A DNA stretch of 60,130 nt, filler included. It is 3 parts of 3 records of this genome, joined end to end, with 100 filler letters (N's around TTAATTAATTAA, not from the genome) between each part and the next. Parts side by side here need not be neighbours in the genome. Positions count along the whole stretch, not along the records: positions 1 to 31,021 come from SRR31156797_3271; 2 more parts are not named here. One strand, written 5' to 3'. The notes under the pieces were generated by a model that worked only from the letters and a program-made list of their open reading frames with translations, ran no database searches and was not told the DNA's origin. Made by a program: the position numbers and the translations under genes. How positions within the stretch are numbered: position 1 is the first letter of the stretch; each line of letters starts with the position of its first letter. Below are positions 1 to 10,494 of this stretch, piece after piece.

Positions 1-149
1 TATTCGACGTGCAGGATTTAGGTAGAAGCTTTTTATCTGTAAGGGCCTTCTGGAATGGAGGCTCTGTTGTCAGCAATGAGGGGTGGGAAGCACTCCCTTT
101 CACAACACTTTACTCGTTGTATACGTTACTTTTTTACTCATAGATATGC

Positions 150-1427
150 ATGGCTGTTCCAAAAAAACTCTATATTGAATCAACCACCCGCTGTAATCTC
201 GCCTGTCATAAATGTATAAAGCAGATGCCAGGAAACTTTATTTCCAATGAAGATTTACCTCTTTCGTTGTTTGAAAAAATTCTCCCAGAGCTAGTAGAGG
301 TGGATACACTTATTTTAAATGGAATTGGTGAACCTCTGCTTCATCCCCATTTGGTAGAAATGGTAGCAAAAGCCAGGGCTGTGATGAAGAGTGACGGGAC
401 GATCGGTTTCCAAAGTAATGGGGTCCTCATGTCGGCCTCCATGGCAGAACAACTGGTGGATGCAGGACTTTCCACAGTGTGTTTTTCTGTGGATGGGTTG
501 CAGCGAGAAGGGGGCGACAATCCTGGCATGAGCTCACCCAGTTCCGTTACAGTTGCACGAGCGCTTGCTAATCTACGTCCTTTTATACGTCAAAAAAAGG
601 TAGAGGCAGGGCTCGAAATTGTAGTGAGCCAGGATAATGTTGAGGCATTACCCGAATTGGTACAATGGGGTGCTGACCATGGTGTGAACTATATTCTTAT
701 AAGTCACCTGTTTGCCTACGATAAGGAGATGGCTCAACAGAGTCTGTTTAGCCCCATTACTCAGGAAGTGCTTCACCTTTTTGTTAAATACCAGGAGCTT
801 GCCCAGCTGCAAGGAATTGATCTTGTGCAAGGCCTGCAGGCATACGTGAAGTTCAACAGAGCATCACAGGATAAGCAGGCACTGTTACTGCTCAGTGAAA
901 TGCGCAGGGAAGCCCAGGAAAAAGACATATATCTCCACTGGGCAGATCTGCTTGAATATGATGCGGAGCAGATAGAGCACACTTCGGCTTTTTTTGCTGC
1001 AGCCAAAAAGGTTGCGGAGGCACGAGGTATTGCTTTGGAGTTGCCGCCATTGCAGGCCGAACAAAACCGTTCATGCCTCTTTATTGAGGAGCAGGCAGCA
1101 TTCATTGGTACCAGGGGCGAGGTTATGCCCTGTCATTTTCTGTGGCATTCCTATTCCTGTATGGGTGGTAACGAGTTGATCGATGTGCAGCAGCGGGACT
1201 TTGGAAATCTTCATGACCTTTCGTTGGCTGCTATCTGGGAGTGCGATGAATATAGAAAGTTTCGTGATGAAGCACGCAGGGCAGAGTATTCCAGGTGCTG
1301 GAGTTGTCCCCAGGCTCCGTGTGCTGATATCGTCAATAATAACCTTCTCACGGTTAATGACTGCCATGGCAGTATTGTTCCCTGTGGCCATTGCCGCTGG
1401 TCTATTGGTGGTTTGCGGTGCCTTTAG
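150..1427 (+). CDS. Radical SAM/SPASM-domain putative metalloenzyme maturase
   Basis: CxxxCxxC motif (CNLACHKC), GIGEPLLHP motif, Cys-rich C-terminal SPASM region (SCLF, PCHFLW, CWSCPQAPC, DCHG..PCGHC). Resembles the deltaproteobacterial rSAM metalloenzyme maturase family. Confidence 0.85.
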   Translation: MAVPKKLYIESTTRCNLACHKCIKQMPGNFISNEDLPLSLFEKILPELVEVDTLILNGIGEPLLHPHLVEMVAKARAVMKSDGTIGFQSNGVLMSASMAEQLVDAGLSTVCFSVDGLQREGGDNPGMSSPSSVTVARALANLRPFIRQKKVEAGLEIVVSQDNVEALPELVQWGADHGVNYILISHLFAYDKEMAQQSLFSPITQEVLHLFVKYQELAQLQGIDLVQGLQAYVKFNRASQDKQALLLLSEMRREAQEKDIYLHWADLLEYDAEQIEHTSAFFAAAKKVAEARGIALELPPLQAEQNRSCLFIEEQAAFIGTRGEVMPCHFLWHSYSCMGGNELIDVQQRDFGNLHDLSLAAIWECDEYRKFRDEARRAEYSRCWSCPQAPCADIVNNNLLTVNDCHGSIVPCGHCRWSIGGLRCL

Positions 1428-1519
1428 ATCTGTTTGTTTTTGATTGAGTGTTTTTCAGTAAATAGTAGGAGGGGAAAACCAGACGGGCCATGGGGAAAAG
1501 GCTTTATTTTGGCGAACAG

Positions 1520-1560
1520 ACAGAAGGCTATCTCAATATTTGAGATAGCCTTCTGTTTTT
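1520..1560. terminator. Rho-independent terminator between convergent genes
   Basis: Perfect 17-bp stem ACAGAAGGCTATCTCAA / TTGAGATAGCCTTCTGT with 3-nt loop, followed by T run. Confidence 0.8.
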
Positions 1561-1629
1561 AGAGGTAAAGCCAGCAGCCGAGAATATCCTAGTAGGTACC
1601 TTGGGATGAAGTTTTACAACACCATCTTC

Positions 1630-2070
1630 TTACTTACTCGGGTTGTAGGTAAGGGTCGGGCATGGAGCGTTTTTAACCACCCTTTCCGCGACACTACCAA
1701 GCCACATTTTTTCCAGTCCTTTTCTGCCATGGGTGCCGATGATGATCATGTCCCCCTTATTTTTTTCGGCATAGGTACAAATACCTTCAACTACATCACC
1801 ATTAAGCACCTTGCCCACGCAGCGCTGCTCGCTACTGTTATACTTTTCAACCAGGGTATCCATCTTTTCCTGGGAGAGTTCCATCATTTGAGGGACAAAG
1901 TGTTTGATTCTTGGGCCCATGTAGTCACCGTAGATACTTACTTCCTCCACGACATGGAGAAAGTGGAGGGTGGCATTGAGTTTTTTCGCCATGTTGACAG
2001 CGTAGGCCGCAACCTTATCAGAGTGTGTGAGAAAATCGATCGGGACAATAATCGTATTGTTTGTTTGCAT
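1630..2070 (-). CDS. Universal stress protein (UspA family)
   Basis: IIVPIDF, LHFLHVV and DMIIIGTHGRKGLEKMWLGSVAERVVKNAPCPTL motifs. Start moved to 2070 because GAGGT precedes MQTNN. Confidence 0.92.
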   Translation of the reverse strand: MQTNNTIIVPIDFLTHSDKVAAYAVNMAKKLNATLHFLHVVEEVSIYGDYMGPRIKHFVPQMMELSQEKMDTLVEKYNSSEQRCVGKVLNGDVVEGICTYAEKNKGDMIIIGTHGRKGLEKMWLGSVAERVVKNAPCPTLTYNPSK

Positions 2071-2215
2071 GGTACACCTCATTAAATGGAGTGAGTTAAT
2101 GATGTTACCAACGGGACAAGTGATCAAACAACTATCAAAAATATTTTTTACACTTGTTAATATTATGTGCATTTTTGGCTGAAATCACAATGTAAAAATA
2201 AGGTAACTAAAAGAT

Positions 2216-2824
2216 TTACAGCCCTTGTCCCTGTAGAATAAGAGAGGTGCCCAAGGTAAACATAATGAGTCCAACCATCACATCGAGAATCTTCCACGAT
2301 AAAGCGTTTTGAAAAAAGGGCGCGAGTTTGCTGCCGCCAAAACCAAGGGTGAAAAACCAGATAAAAGAAGCCGATATGGCACCAAGGGTAAATAAGAGGC
2401 GTTCATTTCCACCAAAACGGCTGCCAATGCTGCCAACCAGAATCATCGTATCCAGATAAACATGGGGATTGAGGAGAGTAACCGCAAAAGTTGCTCCCAG
2501 AACGGCGGTGAAAGATCTGCAGGTAGGTTCGGTTTGATCTAATTTTTGCGAATCAAAGGCTGAACGTAGAGAGCGGAAGGCGTACCAGAACAGAAAAAGT
2601 GCTCCCCCCCACAGGGTTATTTCTGTGAGCAGAGCGTTACCCGAGATGGCTGCTCCAACACCTGAAACCCCGGCGATGATAAGCAGGGCATCACAGAAAC
2701 TGCATATAAGAACAATAACCAGTATGTGATTTTTTTTAATCCCGTTACTGAGTACAAAAGCGTTTTGTGCACCAATGGCGACGATCAGAGCCGCTCCTGT
2801 TGCCAGTCCGTTTAAATATGGCAT
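2216..2824 (-). CDS. argO: LysE/ArgO family arginine/lysine exporter
   Basis: LIVAIGAQNAFVL and TLLNPHVYLDT motifs, hydrophobic, divergent from an ArgP-type regulator. Confidence 0.9.
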   Translation of the reverse strand: MPYLNGLATGAALIVAIGAQNAFVLSNGIKKNHILVIVLICSFCDALLIIAGVSGVGAAISGNALLTEITLWGGALFLFWYAFRSLRSAFDSQKLDQTEPTCRSFTAVLGATFAVTLLNPHVYLDTMILVGSIGSRFGGNERLLFTLGAISASFIWFFTLGFGGSKLAPFFQNALSWKILDVMVGLIMFTLGTSLILQGQGL

Positions 2825-2925
2825 GATTATCCTCTATATTTTTACGATATCGGCTCGCAATCCGATTGGAAGTTTTTGCGTCATTAAGGTAGGCCCAAAA
2901 TATTCAAAAAAGTTTGTTTTGTAAA

Positions 2926-2960
2926 ATTAATAGTTTTTATCATTCATTAGTAATGCTAAT
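2926..2960. promoter_or_regulatory. Tandem LysR-type (ArgP/LysG) operator boxes
   Basis: Perfect dyad ATTAG-N5-CTAAT (2946-2960, T-N11-A) and a degenerate copy ATTAA-N5-TTTAT (2926-2940) 20 bp away, between argO and argP. Confidence 0.65.
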
Positions 2961-2969
2961 AATGGGGCT

Positions 2970-3854
2970 ATGTTTGATTATAAATTGATTAAAGCCATGG
3001 CCACTGTTGTCCTTGAACGAGGTTTTGAAAAAGCTGCTCAAAAGCTTTACATAAGTCAATCTGCTGTGTCTCAACGGGTGAAGCTGCTGGAAGAGCAGAC
3101 TGGAAGGGTTTTGCTGGTACGGTCAAATCCACCTGTGCCCACAGATGCTGGACGTCTTATTTTAAAGCATTACCAGCAAGTCATGAGCCTTGAAAAAGGA
3201 ATGGCAGAAATGCTGGATCAGGAAAACAAGAGCGCTTTTGTTCCCTTGACCATAGGGCTGAATGCAGACAGTCTGGCTACATGGTTTTTGGAGGCGGTCG
3301 TCCCGTTACTATTGACAGAGCAGGTAACTCTTGATCTTCAGGTAGATGACCAGGAACAAACTCTCAGTTATTTGAAAGCAGGGGAGGTTATGGGGTGTAT
3401 AAGCTCTCATGCAAAGCCTGTCCAGGGATGCACCATGCATCACCTGGGAACCATGCATTACCGGTTGCTGGCAACCGGGGAATTTTATTCGACTTGGTTC
3501 CCTGATGGAGTAACCCCAGAGGCTGTAGCAAAAGCTCCGGCGGTTATTTTTAATCGTAAAGATGGGCTGCATCAACGGTTACTTGAAGGGATTTCAACAG
3601 AGATGCCATCGTCATTTCCGATTCACTATATTCCCTCATCAGAGCAGTTTGTTGAATTGATACGAAAAGGTCAGGCTTACGGCAGCGTGCCGGAGTTGCA
3701 AGGGCGTCAGTATTTGCAAAGCCGAGAATTGCTGGAACTGGTACCAGGTAATACCTATCCGGTTCCCCTGTATTGGCATGTATGGAGCCATCGTGCGCGG
3801 TTATTGGAAAAAATTACCGAAATTTTGTCCGATGCAGGAGGGAAAATTTTTTAA
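2970..3854 (+). CDS. argP: LysR family transcriptional regulator ArgP/LysG
   Basis: HTH FEKAAQKLYISQSAVSQRVKLLE, NADSLATW, PLYWHVW. Confidence 0.92.
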   Translation: MFDYKLIKAMATVVLERGFEKAAQKLYISQSAVSQRVKLLEEQTGRVLLVRSNPPVPTDAGRLILKHYQQVMSLEKGMAEMLDQENKSAFVPLTIGLNADSLATWFLEAVVPLLLTEQVTLDLQVDDQEQTLSYLKAGEVMGCISSHAKPVQGCTMHHLGTMHYRLLATGEFYSTWFPDGVTPEAVAKAPAVIFNRKDGLHQRLLEGISTEMPSSFPIHYIPSSEQFVELIRKGQAYGSVPELQGRQYLQSRELLELVPGNTYPVPLYWHVWSHRARLLEKITEILSDAGGKIF

Positions 3855-3893
3855 TGGTAGACACCCATTTGCAATTCCTGGATAAAGAGACGC

Positions 3894-6800
3894 TCAATTA
3901 TATCTACGGCTGGCGTGTGAGGGACGGAGGCCAAAAAGATGGCGGATGTCCTCAAGGATGAGGTACAGGGACGGGATCAATACCAGGGTAATGGCAGTGG
4001 CGAAAAGTATACCAAAGCCCAATGAAATAGCCATGGGGATAAGAAAACGTGCCTGGCGGGAGGTCTCAAATATCATTGGTAGCAGACCAAAAAAGGTTGT
4101 CAGTGTGGTCAGGATAATGGGCCTGAATCTGGACACCGCAGCATTAATGACTGCTGCATAAGCAGTGTGCCCTTGACTGCGATTACGATTTGTAAGGTCA
4201 ATTAGAACCAGGGAGTCATTGACCACCACACCGGACAGAGCGACGATGCCGAAAAACGAGATTAGGCTAAGAGAATATCCCATCAGTAGGTGACCTATCA
4301 CCGCACCCACTATGCCAAAAGGAATTGCTGCCATGATAATAGTCGGTTGGCTGTAACTTTTAAAGATGATCGTGAGCAGTACATAGACAATCAGCAGAGC
4401 TATCAGCATTCCTCGAGCCAGTGCCTCCATGGATTTTTTTCGATCTGCCTGTTTTCCTTCAAAGGAAAAATTGAGCCCTCCATAGCGGTTTGACAGATCG
4501 GGCAATAATTCGGTCTTGAGTGCAGAAATGACCTGGTCTGATTTTTTGGCCGGGGTAATGTCAGCTGTCACTTGTATCGTTCTTCGCCCATCCCTGTGTT
4601 GGATAGACGTAAAGGCCCTGCCAGGGGTAATGGTAACAACACTTGGCAGAGGCACTTCACCACCATCAGGGGTGCGGAGCATCATTTGTTCCAGGGTTTG
4701 CAGTGTTTCTCGTTCATGGAGTGGGTAGCGAAGCATTATTTTCATTTCATCACGTCCCCGGAGCTGGCGGTTGATTTCATGCCCGTAAAAGGAGGCTCGT
4801 ATTTGACGAGCAACCGAATTTGGACTCAATCCCAGCCGATATCCCAGGGGGTTGAGTTGAAAATCATACTGTTGCTTTCCAAGTTCAAACCCATCCTCGA
4901 TTTCGCTGACAATGGGAAACGATTGTAAAAATGTGACGATTTCACGGCTGGCGCCATGCAGTACTTCAGGGTTGCGATGCTGGAGTTCAAGGGTGAGACC
5001 CGCTCCAGAGCCAGGACCACCGGAGTTTGATCGAAAACGTATCGATTCTATATCCGGCAGGGTACCCACCTCCTTTCGCCAAATTTTGGTAAATTCGTGG
5101 GTGGAAAGGGGGCGGATGTCAGGAGGGGTGAGGTAGATTCTAATCCATCCTTTGTTGTCATTAATCATCGATTGGGTGCCCTGTACCAGCTCGCTCCCTC
5201 CGTAGCCGTCAGCTATCTTTTTTGCAGAGTGAAGAAGAGTGTTAAGGGTGGCCTCTACTTTTTCACTGGCTGCCCCGACCGGCAATTCAAAAGTAACATA
5301 GGCCCTGTCTGATTCGACCTTGGGAAACATGGTCATGCCCATATGACCACTTTTGATATAAGAACCTGTCAAGAGCAGGATGGTCATAGCTATGGCTGTG
5401 CTGATGTAGCGATACCGGAGGGCCAAGATGATAAGGGGAGTGAAGTACTTTTTAATTATACGGGTTATCCCATTGCTGATGCGGGCTTGCAAATTCTCTA
5501 ACAATGACCCAATGCGTCCTTTAAGAGGGCGTTGGTGGCCAAGGTGGGCAGGTAAAACAAAAAGGGCTTCAATAAGCGAAATGAAAAAAACAACACCCAC
5601 CACAACCGGAATCGCACGAAAAATTTTACCCATCACACCGGGAATAAAATAGAGCGGCATAAAGGTGACAATGTTGGTCAATACTGCAAAGGTTACTGGA
5701 GCTGCCATTTCACGGGCACCTATCAGAGCTGCCTCAAGCGTATCGTGGCCTAGCTGGCGTAGGCGATAGACATTTTCTCCTACGATAATAGTGTCGTCCA
5801 CCACAATCCCAAGGGAAACGATAAAGGCGAACAAAGAGACCATATTCACCGAAACGTCAAAAAAAGGCAGAAAGAGCAGTGATCCTAGAAAAGAGACTGG
5901 GATTCCCATGGTTACCCAGAAAGCTAACCGTGGCTCAAGAAAAAGGCCGAGCAGGAGAAACACCAGTGCAAGCCCGAGAAAGCCGTTTTTCAGCAGTAGA
6001 TTCAACCGTTGTTGATAGATAAGGGAACGGTCATTGACCGTGTCAACGCTGAGTCCGTCCGGTAGTGTACCGCGTAGTGTTTGTAGTCGTTTTTTCACTG
6101 CGTCAGCTATTTCTATGGGGCCTTGGTCCCCAACCCGAAAAACCTCAATACCAATAGCTGGCATACCATTGTAACGCATGGCTTGGTCAGTTTCTTCAAA
6201 CCCGTCTATGATATCTGCAATGTCGTATAGTCGGAGCTGAGAGCCTTCCTCGGTAGTCAAAACTGGAATGGAGGCGAATTCACGGCCAAGGTTGCGACGT
6301 TCCTTCATTCGTAACTGCACATCACCACTACTGGTTTTTATAGTCCCGGCGGGGAGATCAATGGAACCGTTCTTGATTGTGCTGGCAAGGGTCTGCATGG
6401 ATAATCCATAGGCGCGAAGTGTTTCCTGGCTCACATTAATTGCTATTTCCAGCGGACGGTTACCCTGCAGTTCCAGCTGGGAAATGAGTGGATCAAGGAG
6501 GAGTTGATCCCTGACCATCTCTGCTGATTCCTTGAGTACGGAATCGGGAAGATCACCAAAGAGAATCAAAGTGATAACCGAACGACGGCGTGAGGGAATA
6601 GTCACCTTGGGTTCTTCTGCATCATCGGGAAAAGAGCTGATACGGTCGACTTCACTTTTGATATCAACAGCCAACTGCTGGAGATCGGTATCAACCAGTG
6701 CTTCTGCTGTCACTGTTCCCCGTCCCTCTACTGCATTGCTCTGTACCTGTTCAATGCCCTCCAGGGAGGAGATCGCTTCTTCCACGGGAAGGATAATGCC

Positions 6801-7010
6801 GTCTACCACTTCCTCTGGGCTCGCACCGGGGTAGGCAACACTTATGCGAACTTCATCACGTTCAAATTCAGGAAAGACTTCCTGCTTAATTTGAGTGCCC
6901 CAGTAGAGGCCACCAATCAGAAAAAACAGCATAAGGATGTTTGCTGCAACCGGATTGGTTGCCATCCAGTGAATGGGACCTGCATGGGTAGAGTAAAGTG
7001 TATTTTTCAC
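3894..7010 (-). CDS. RND efflux transporter permease (AcrB/AcrD/AcrF family)
   Basis: 1038 aa with YPGASPEEV, LGIVVDD, GVVVNDS, RFRPIILTTLTT motifs. Confidence 0.95.
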   Translation of the reverse strand: MKNTLYSTHAGPIHWMATNPVAANILMLFFLIGGLYWGTQIKQEVFPEFERDEVRISVAYPGASPEEVVDGIILPVEEAISSLEGIEQVQSNAVEGRGTVTAEALVDTDLQQLAVDIKSEVDRISSFPDDAEEPKVTIPSRRRSVITLILFGDLPDSVLKESAEMVRDQLLLDPLISQLELQGNRPLEIAINVSQETLRAYGLSMQTLASTIKNGSIDLPAGTIKTSSGDVQLRMKERRNLGREFASIPVLTTEEGSQLRLYDIADIIDGFEETDQAMRYNGMPAIGIEVFRVGDQGPIEIADAVKKRLQTLRGTLPDGLSVDTVNDRSLIYQQRLNLLLKNGFLGLALVFLLLGLFLEPRLAFWVTMGIPVSFLGSLLFLPFFDVSVNMVSLFAFIVSLGIVVDDTIIVGENVYRLRQLGHDTLEAALIGAREMAAPVTFAVLTNIVTFMPLYFIPGVMGKIFRAIPVVVGVVFFISLIEALFVLPAHLGHQRPLKGRIGSLLENLQARISNGITRIIKKYFTPLIILALRYRYISTAIAMTILLLTGSYIKSGHMGMTMFPKVESDRAYVTFELPVGAASEKVEATLNTLLHSAKKIADGYGGSELVQGTQSMINDNKGWIRIYLTPPDIRPLSTHEFTKIWRKEVGTLPDIESIRFRSNSGGPGSGAGLTLELQHRNPEVLHGASREIVTFLQSFPIVSEIEDGFELGKQQYDFQLNPLGYRLGLSPNSVARQIRASFYGHEINRQLRGRDEMKIMLRYPLHERETLQTLEQMMLRTPDGGEVPLPSVVTITPGRAFTSIQHRDGRRTIQVTADITPAKKSDQVISALKTELLPDLSNRYGGLNFSFEGKQADRKKSMEALARGMLIALLIVYVLLTIIFKSYSQPTIIMAAIPFGIVGAVIGHLLMGYSLSLISFFGIVALSGVVVNDSLVLIDLTNRNRSQGHTAYAAVINAAVSRFRPIILTTLTTFFGLLPMIFETSRQARFLIPMAISLGFGILFATAITLVLIPSLYLILEDIRHLFGLRPSHASRRYN

Positions 7011-8269
7011 AGGGAGGCACTGGGATTTTCAGGAATGTTGGGCGTGGTAATAGAAATGTCCATACCATCTATCGGGGCAGCTACATTGGAAACAATAACC
7101 AAATCTCCGTCGTGAAGGCCGTGGTCAATGTATGCCAGGTCTTTGTTTTGCCAGATAACAGAAACCGGTCGGATTTCAAGTGTTTTTTCTTTGGTGGCAA
7201 TAAGGAGGCTTTGGTCGGGGCGCACCGCGCTTCGCGGCACCTGAAAACAGTTTTTAAGCGGGATGCCTGTGATGGTCGCACGCACAACGGATCCTAAAAG
7301 CAGTGGCACTTTGCCAGTTGATCGATCAGTGGGGTTGGCAATTTCAATGAGTACCCTGGCCATGAGTCCTTTGGGATCTACGTCGCCAAGCAGGTGAATG
7401 ATTTTTCCCTGCCAATGGGCACTATTCTTTTGGTCGCTGATGGTGGTGATTTTGACAGAAGAACCGTATTTTCCACTTCCAGGGAGTACTATGTTTATAA
7501 GTTCTTCCTGGGCAAGGGTTGCCCTGACCCAGAAAACGTCAGTGCCTGCCAACGTGGCGATGGTTGTTTGACTGTTGACTTGTGCCCCTATTTCGACATT
7601 GGTATCAAGAACGACAGCGTTAAAAGGGCACTGCAGCTGGGTGCGATCAAGGTTAAGTTTAGCCATTGCAACCTCTGTCTCGGCAGCAGCTTTTGCAGCT
7701 TTTGCCTTTGCCAGCTGAGGTTTGCGAAGGGCCAGGTCGATTGGCGCATCTTTTAAGTTCATCCCTGAAAATTCAGAGATCAGTTCATATTCTCTGCGGG
7801 CAACAGACTGGCTGCCTTGTTCCAGGCGTAAATCCATGGCAGCTTTTTCAAGCTCATTGCGGTGCCGCTGATGGGCTAGTTTGTAGTCACGGGAATCCAG
7901 GTGAAGAACCGTCTCTCCTTTGTGGAGGATTCCTCCTGGAACGAGGCTTGGGTGAACTTTTTCAACAGTTCCTGCAATTGCAGGTTTAAGGGCCAGTGTG
8001 TGTGCGCTGAGTACTGTACCCAATGTCTCTAACTGACGGGGAAATGTTGCTTGATGAACAGGGATTGCCTGGACTAAAGTTTGCATCTTAAGCGGAGGCT
8101 TTCGGCTTGCCTTAGGTTTACTCTTGATAATTTTTTGAGCCATTACCAGGCCGGCTGCGCATATGAGAGCCACCATGCCAAGAGCCAGCAGGCGTTGTCC
8201 TGCTGTACGTTTGGGAGTGGGGGTGTCTGGATGAACGGGATTTTGAGTGGGTATCTGCTCTTTGGTCAT
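7007..8269 (-). CDS. RND efflux periplasmic adaptor (membrane fusion protein)
   Basis: N-terminal anchor, lipoyl/hairpin pattern (AKLNLDRTQLQCPFNAVV), 4-bp overlap with the permease. Confidence 0.92.
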   Translation of the reverse strand: MTKEQIPTQNPVHPDTPTPKRTAGQRLLALGMVALICAAGLVMAQKIIKSKPKASRKPPLKMQTLVQAIPVHQATFPRQLETLGTVLSAHTLALKPAIAGTVEKVHPSLVPGGILHKGETVLHLDSRDYKLAHQRHRNELEKAAMDLRLEQGSQSVARREYELISEFSGMNLKDAPIDLALRKPQLAKAKAAKAAAETEVAMAKLNLDRTQLQCPFNAVVLDTNVEIGAQVNSQTTIATLAGTDVFWVRATLAQEELINIVLPGSGKYGSSVKITTISDQKNSAHWQGKIIHLLGDVDPKGLMARVLIEIANPTDRSTGKVPLLLGSVVRATITGIPLKNCFQVPRSAVRPDQSLLIATKEKTLEIRPVSVIWQNKDLAYIDHGLHDGDLVIVSNVAAPIDGMDISITTPNIPENPSASL

Positions 8270-8311
8270 GAGCCTGTTTTGCCTGTTAACTGTTTGTATG
8301 TTATTTGTCTG

Positions 8312-9724
8312 CTATTGGGCTGTCGAAAGAGACATTCCCTCGCTGGGCACCAGTTTATCTGTCCACGTGCCTCCCAGAGCCTTATGCAGGGTCACCCTTG
8401 TCTGGATGAGATCTCTTTCGGTGGTTATTCTATCTTGTTCAGCAGCAATAAGATTGATTTGTTCCCTGATCACAGGAAGGTAGTCGCTGAGGCCGTTGAG
8501 ATATCTCCATGTTGCTTCCCGGTAAGCCATTTGCGCGAGTGTAATCTGTTGGTCGATATTGACGATGCTTTTACGGTGTTGGTGTTCGAACACCAATGCG
8601 TCTTCCACCTCTTTAAGGGCCAAAACCACGCTTTGGCGATAGGCTGCGAGTCTTTCTTCTGCAACTGCACGGGTTCGCAGGACCTCTGCCGACCTGGCAC
8701 CGCCATCCACAAGCGGTGCTGAAAAGCTTGCTGCCAGGCGCAGGAGCCAGGCGTCAAGGAGGGATTCGATGATACTGGAGTTGTACGTCAATGCCCCTGT
8801 CAAGCTGAGTTGCGGGAGCCGGTCGGCTTTTGCTGCTGCGATGGACCAGGTCGCTCCCTGCAGCTGTAGCCCCTTGGAGCGAATATCGGGTCGCTGTGCA
8901 AGAAGATCTGCGGGAAGGCCACCGGGAGGTAAGGCTGGGATTGATGGAAATAATGTTTGCATTGCATTGAGCGCAGCTGTTGGTGGACGGCCAATCAGGA
9001 CTGCCAGCCTGTGCAGCGCTGTTTGCTCTGTCCCTTCAATGATTATGAGTGCTCCTTTAATGCCGGTAACAGTTTGATTTTGTTGGTATAGATCCAGTGC
9101 GCTCGCTTTAGATGTAGCAAAGCGAAGTTCAATCAACTCTAGTAGACGCTTGTTGAGATCAAGCTGTTTCTTCAGTTGTTCTCCCTGTTGCCGGGCGCTG
9201 ATAAGATCCAGCCACGCTATCGCGATTTCAGCACTCAGGCTCAGCGCGGCGGCGTACACATCTTCGTTTTTGGCTTGTGCCTCAAATTGTGCCTGATTCT
9301 TTGCAGATTTGACTCGTCCCCACAGATCCGCTTCATAGGCTATACTAAGGCCTAATGAAAAATCATCATTGCTGGTTTCGCTGCCGTCTTGCTTGCCAGC
9401 ACGGTTGTGGGCTCCGCCGGCAGTACCGTTTATGTGAGGAAAGCTATCGGCTCCTGCTATGCGGGCGATAGCTTGTGCTTGAGAGAGCCTGGCCCATGTT
9501 TGATGTAAGGAAAAATTGTGCTGTAATCCTTCCTCTATAAGCCCTTCAAGTTCCTTGTTGTGAAATTGTTGCCACCAGGGTATAAAGGCATCTCGTTTCT
9601 CTGTGTAGAAACGGTAAGTTGGTGGGATGAGGTTTGCTGTTGGTTGTGTGAGTGGGGTATGGAAATCAGTACACCCAGCCAGCAAAACCACCACGAATAG
9701 GAGAATAAAAGAACTTTGATACAT
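8312..9724 (-). CDS. Outer membrane efflux lipoprotein (NodT/OprM/TolC family)
   Basis: Lipobox LLAGC, WWQQF, YEADLWGR, PADLLAQRPDIR, LHKALGGTW. Start placed at MYQSS. Confidence 0.92.
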   Translation of the reverse strand: MYQSSFILLFVVVLLAGCTDFHTPLTQPTANLIPPTYRFYTEKRDAFIPWWQQFHNKELEGLIEEGLQHNFSLHQTWARLSQAQAIARIAGADSFPHINGTAGGAHNRAGKQDGSETSNDDFSLGLSIAYEADLWGRVKSAKNQAQFEAQAKNEDVYAAALSLSAEIAIAWLDLISARQQGEQLKKQLDLNKRLLELIELRFATSKASALDLYQQNQTVTGIKGALIIIEGTEQTALHRLAVLIGRPPTAALNAMQTLFPSIPALPPGGLPADLLAQRPDIRSKGLQLQGATWSIAAAKADRLPQLSLTGALTYNSSIIESLLDAWLLRLAASFSAPLVDGGARSAEVLRTRAVAEERLAAYRQSVVLALKEVEDALVFEHQHRKSIVNIDQQITLAQMAYREATWRYLNGLSDYLPVIREQINLIAAEQDRITTERDLIQTRVTLHKALGGTWTDKLVPSEGMSLSTAQ

Positions 9725-9922
9725 GCTATTGCAGTCAGCGTGGCCAAATTGATGATTGACAAAATCCCTAAGATACGATTGACTTAAAGTTCGCCGTTCG
9801 CAACTCTGTGGTCGTTTCAATAGGTAAAAGAGTCTAACAGAGCATGTGGGAGATGGCAATCAACAACGGGATTGAAACTGCCGCGATTTTCAAGGCATAC
9901 CATATGTTCTCCGGTACATGTT

Positions 9923-10489
9923 ATGATTGATACATCAGGCCACCATTTAGTGTATGGGGTTCTCGAGGATTATTTAACTGGTGAGGAGTTACAAGACACC
10001 GATGATGAGCGAATTCGCCAGGACTTAATGCGCCTGCTGGTGGAAGATTTAGGTTTTTCCCGTCAGGAGCTGGAGCCGCGTTTACAGATTATATCGGAGT
10101 TTAATTCCAAGCGGGTGGAAACACTGATTGAACTGGCTGTGAGTATTAACGGTAAACGATTATTTGTCCTGCGTTATGGTCCAGGTTCGTTGGTGACCAG
10201 GGAAAAAGCGGCTATTGCTGCTGCCCGGCTTCTTGACCCGGAGTATGCTATACCACTGGCAGTGGTTACCAACGGCAGAGATGCCGAACTCCTTGAGACC
10301 AAAACCGGGAAAGTGCTCGCTACAGGGATGGACTGTATACCTAGTCGTGAGCAGGCAGAAAAAATGATGCAGGACTGTATCTTTGAACCCTATCAAGATA
10401 CTGAACAGCGGGAAAGGGCACTACGGATTCTTAATGTTTTTGATGAGGAAATTTGTTGTGTGGGACTTAAGTGTAAAAATACGGAATAG
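9923..10489 (+). CDS. Stand-alone type I restriction enzyme HsdR N-terminal-like domain protein
   Basis: DDERIRQDLMRLL..LGF and LAVVTNG motifs typical of HSDR_N_2-like domains. No helicase or methylase nearby. Start uncertain. Confidence 0.65.
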   Translation: MIDTSGHHLVYGVLEDYLTGEELQDTDDERIRQDLMRLLVEDLGFSRQELEPRLQIISEFNSKRVETLIELAVSINGKRLFVLRYGPGSLVTREKAAIAAARLLDPEYAIPLAVVTNGRDAELLETKTGKVLATGMDCIPSREQAEKMMQDCIFEPYQDTEQRERALRILNVFDEEICCVGLKCKNTE

Positions 10490-10494
10490 AGACA

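Noticed and set aside
1606-2085. 159-aa plus-strand ORF
   Set aside because: Antisense shadow of the Usp gene with no recognisable motifs.
9923-10489. Type I restriction-modification defence locus
   Set aside because: Only an isolated N-terminal-like domain. No hsdM, hsdS or helicase, and the context is housekeeping.
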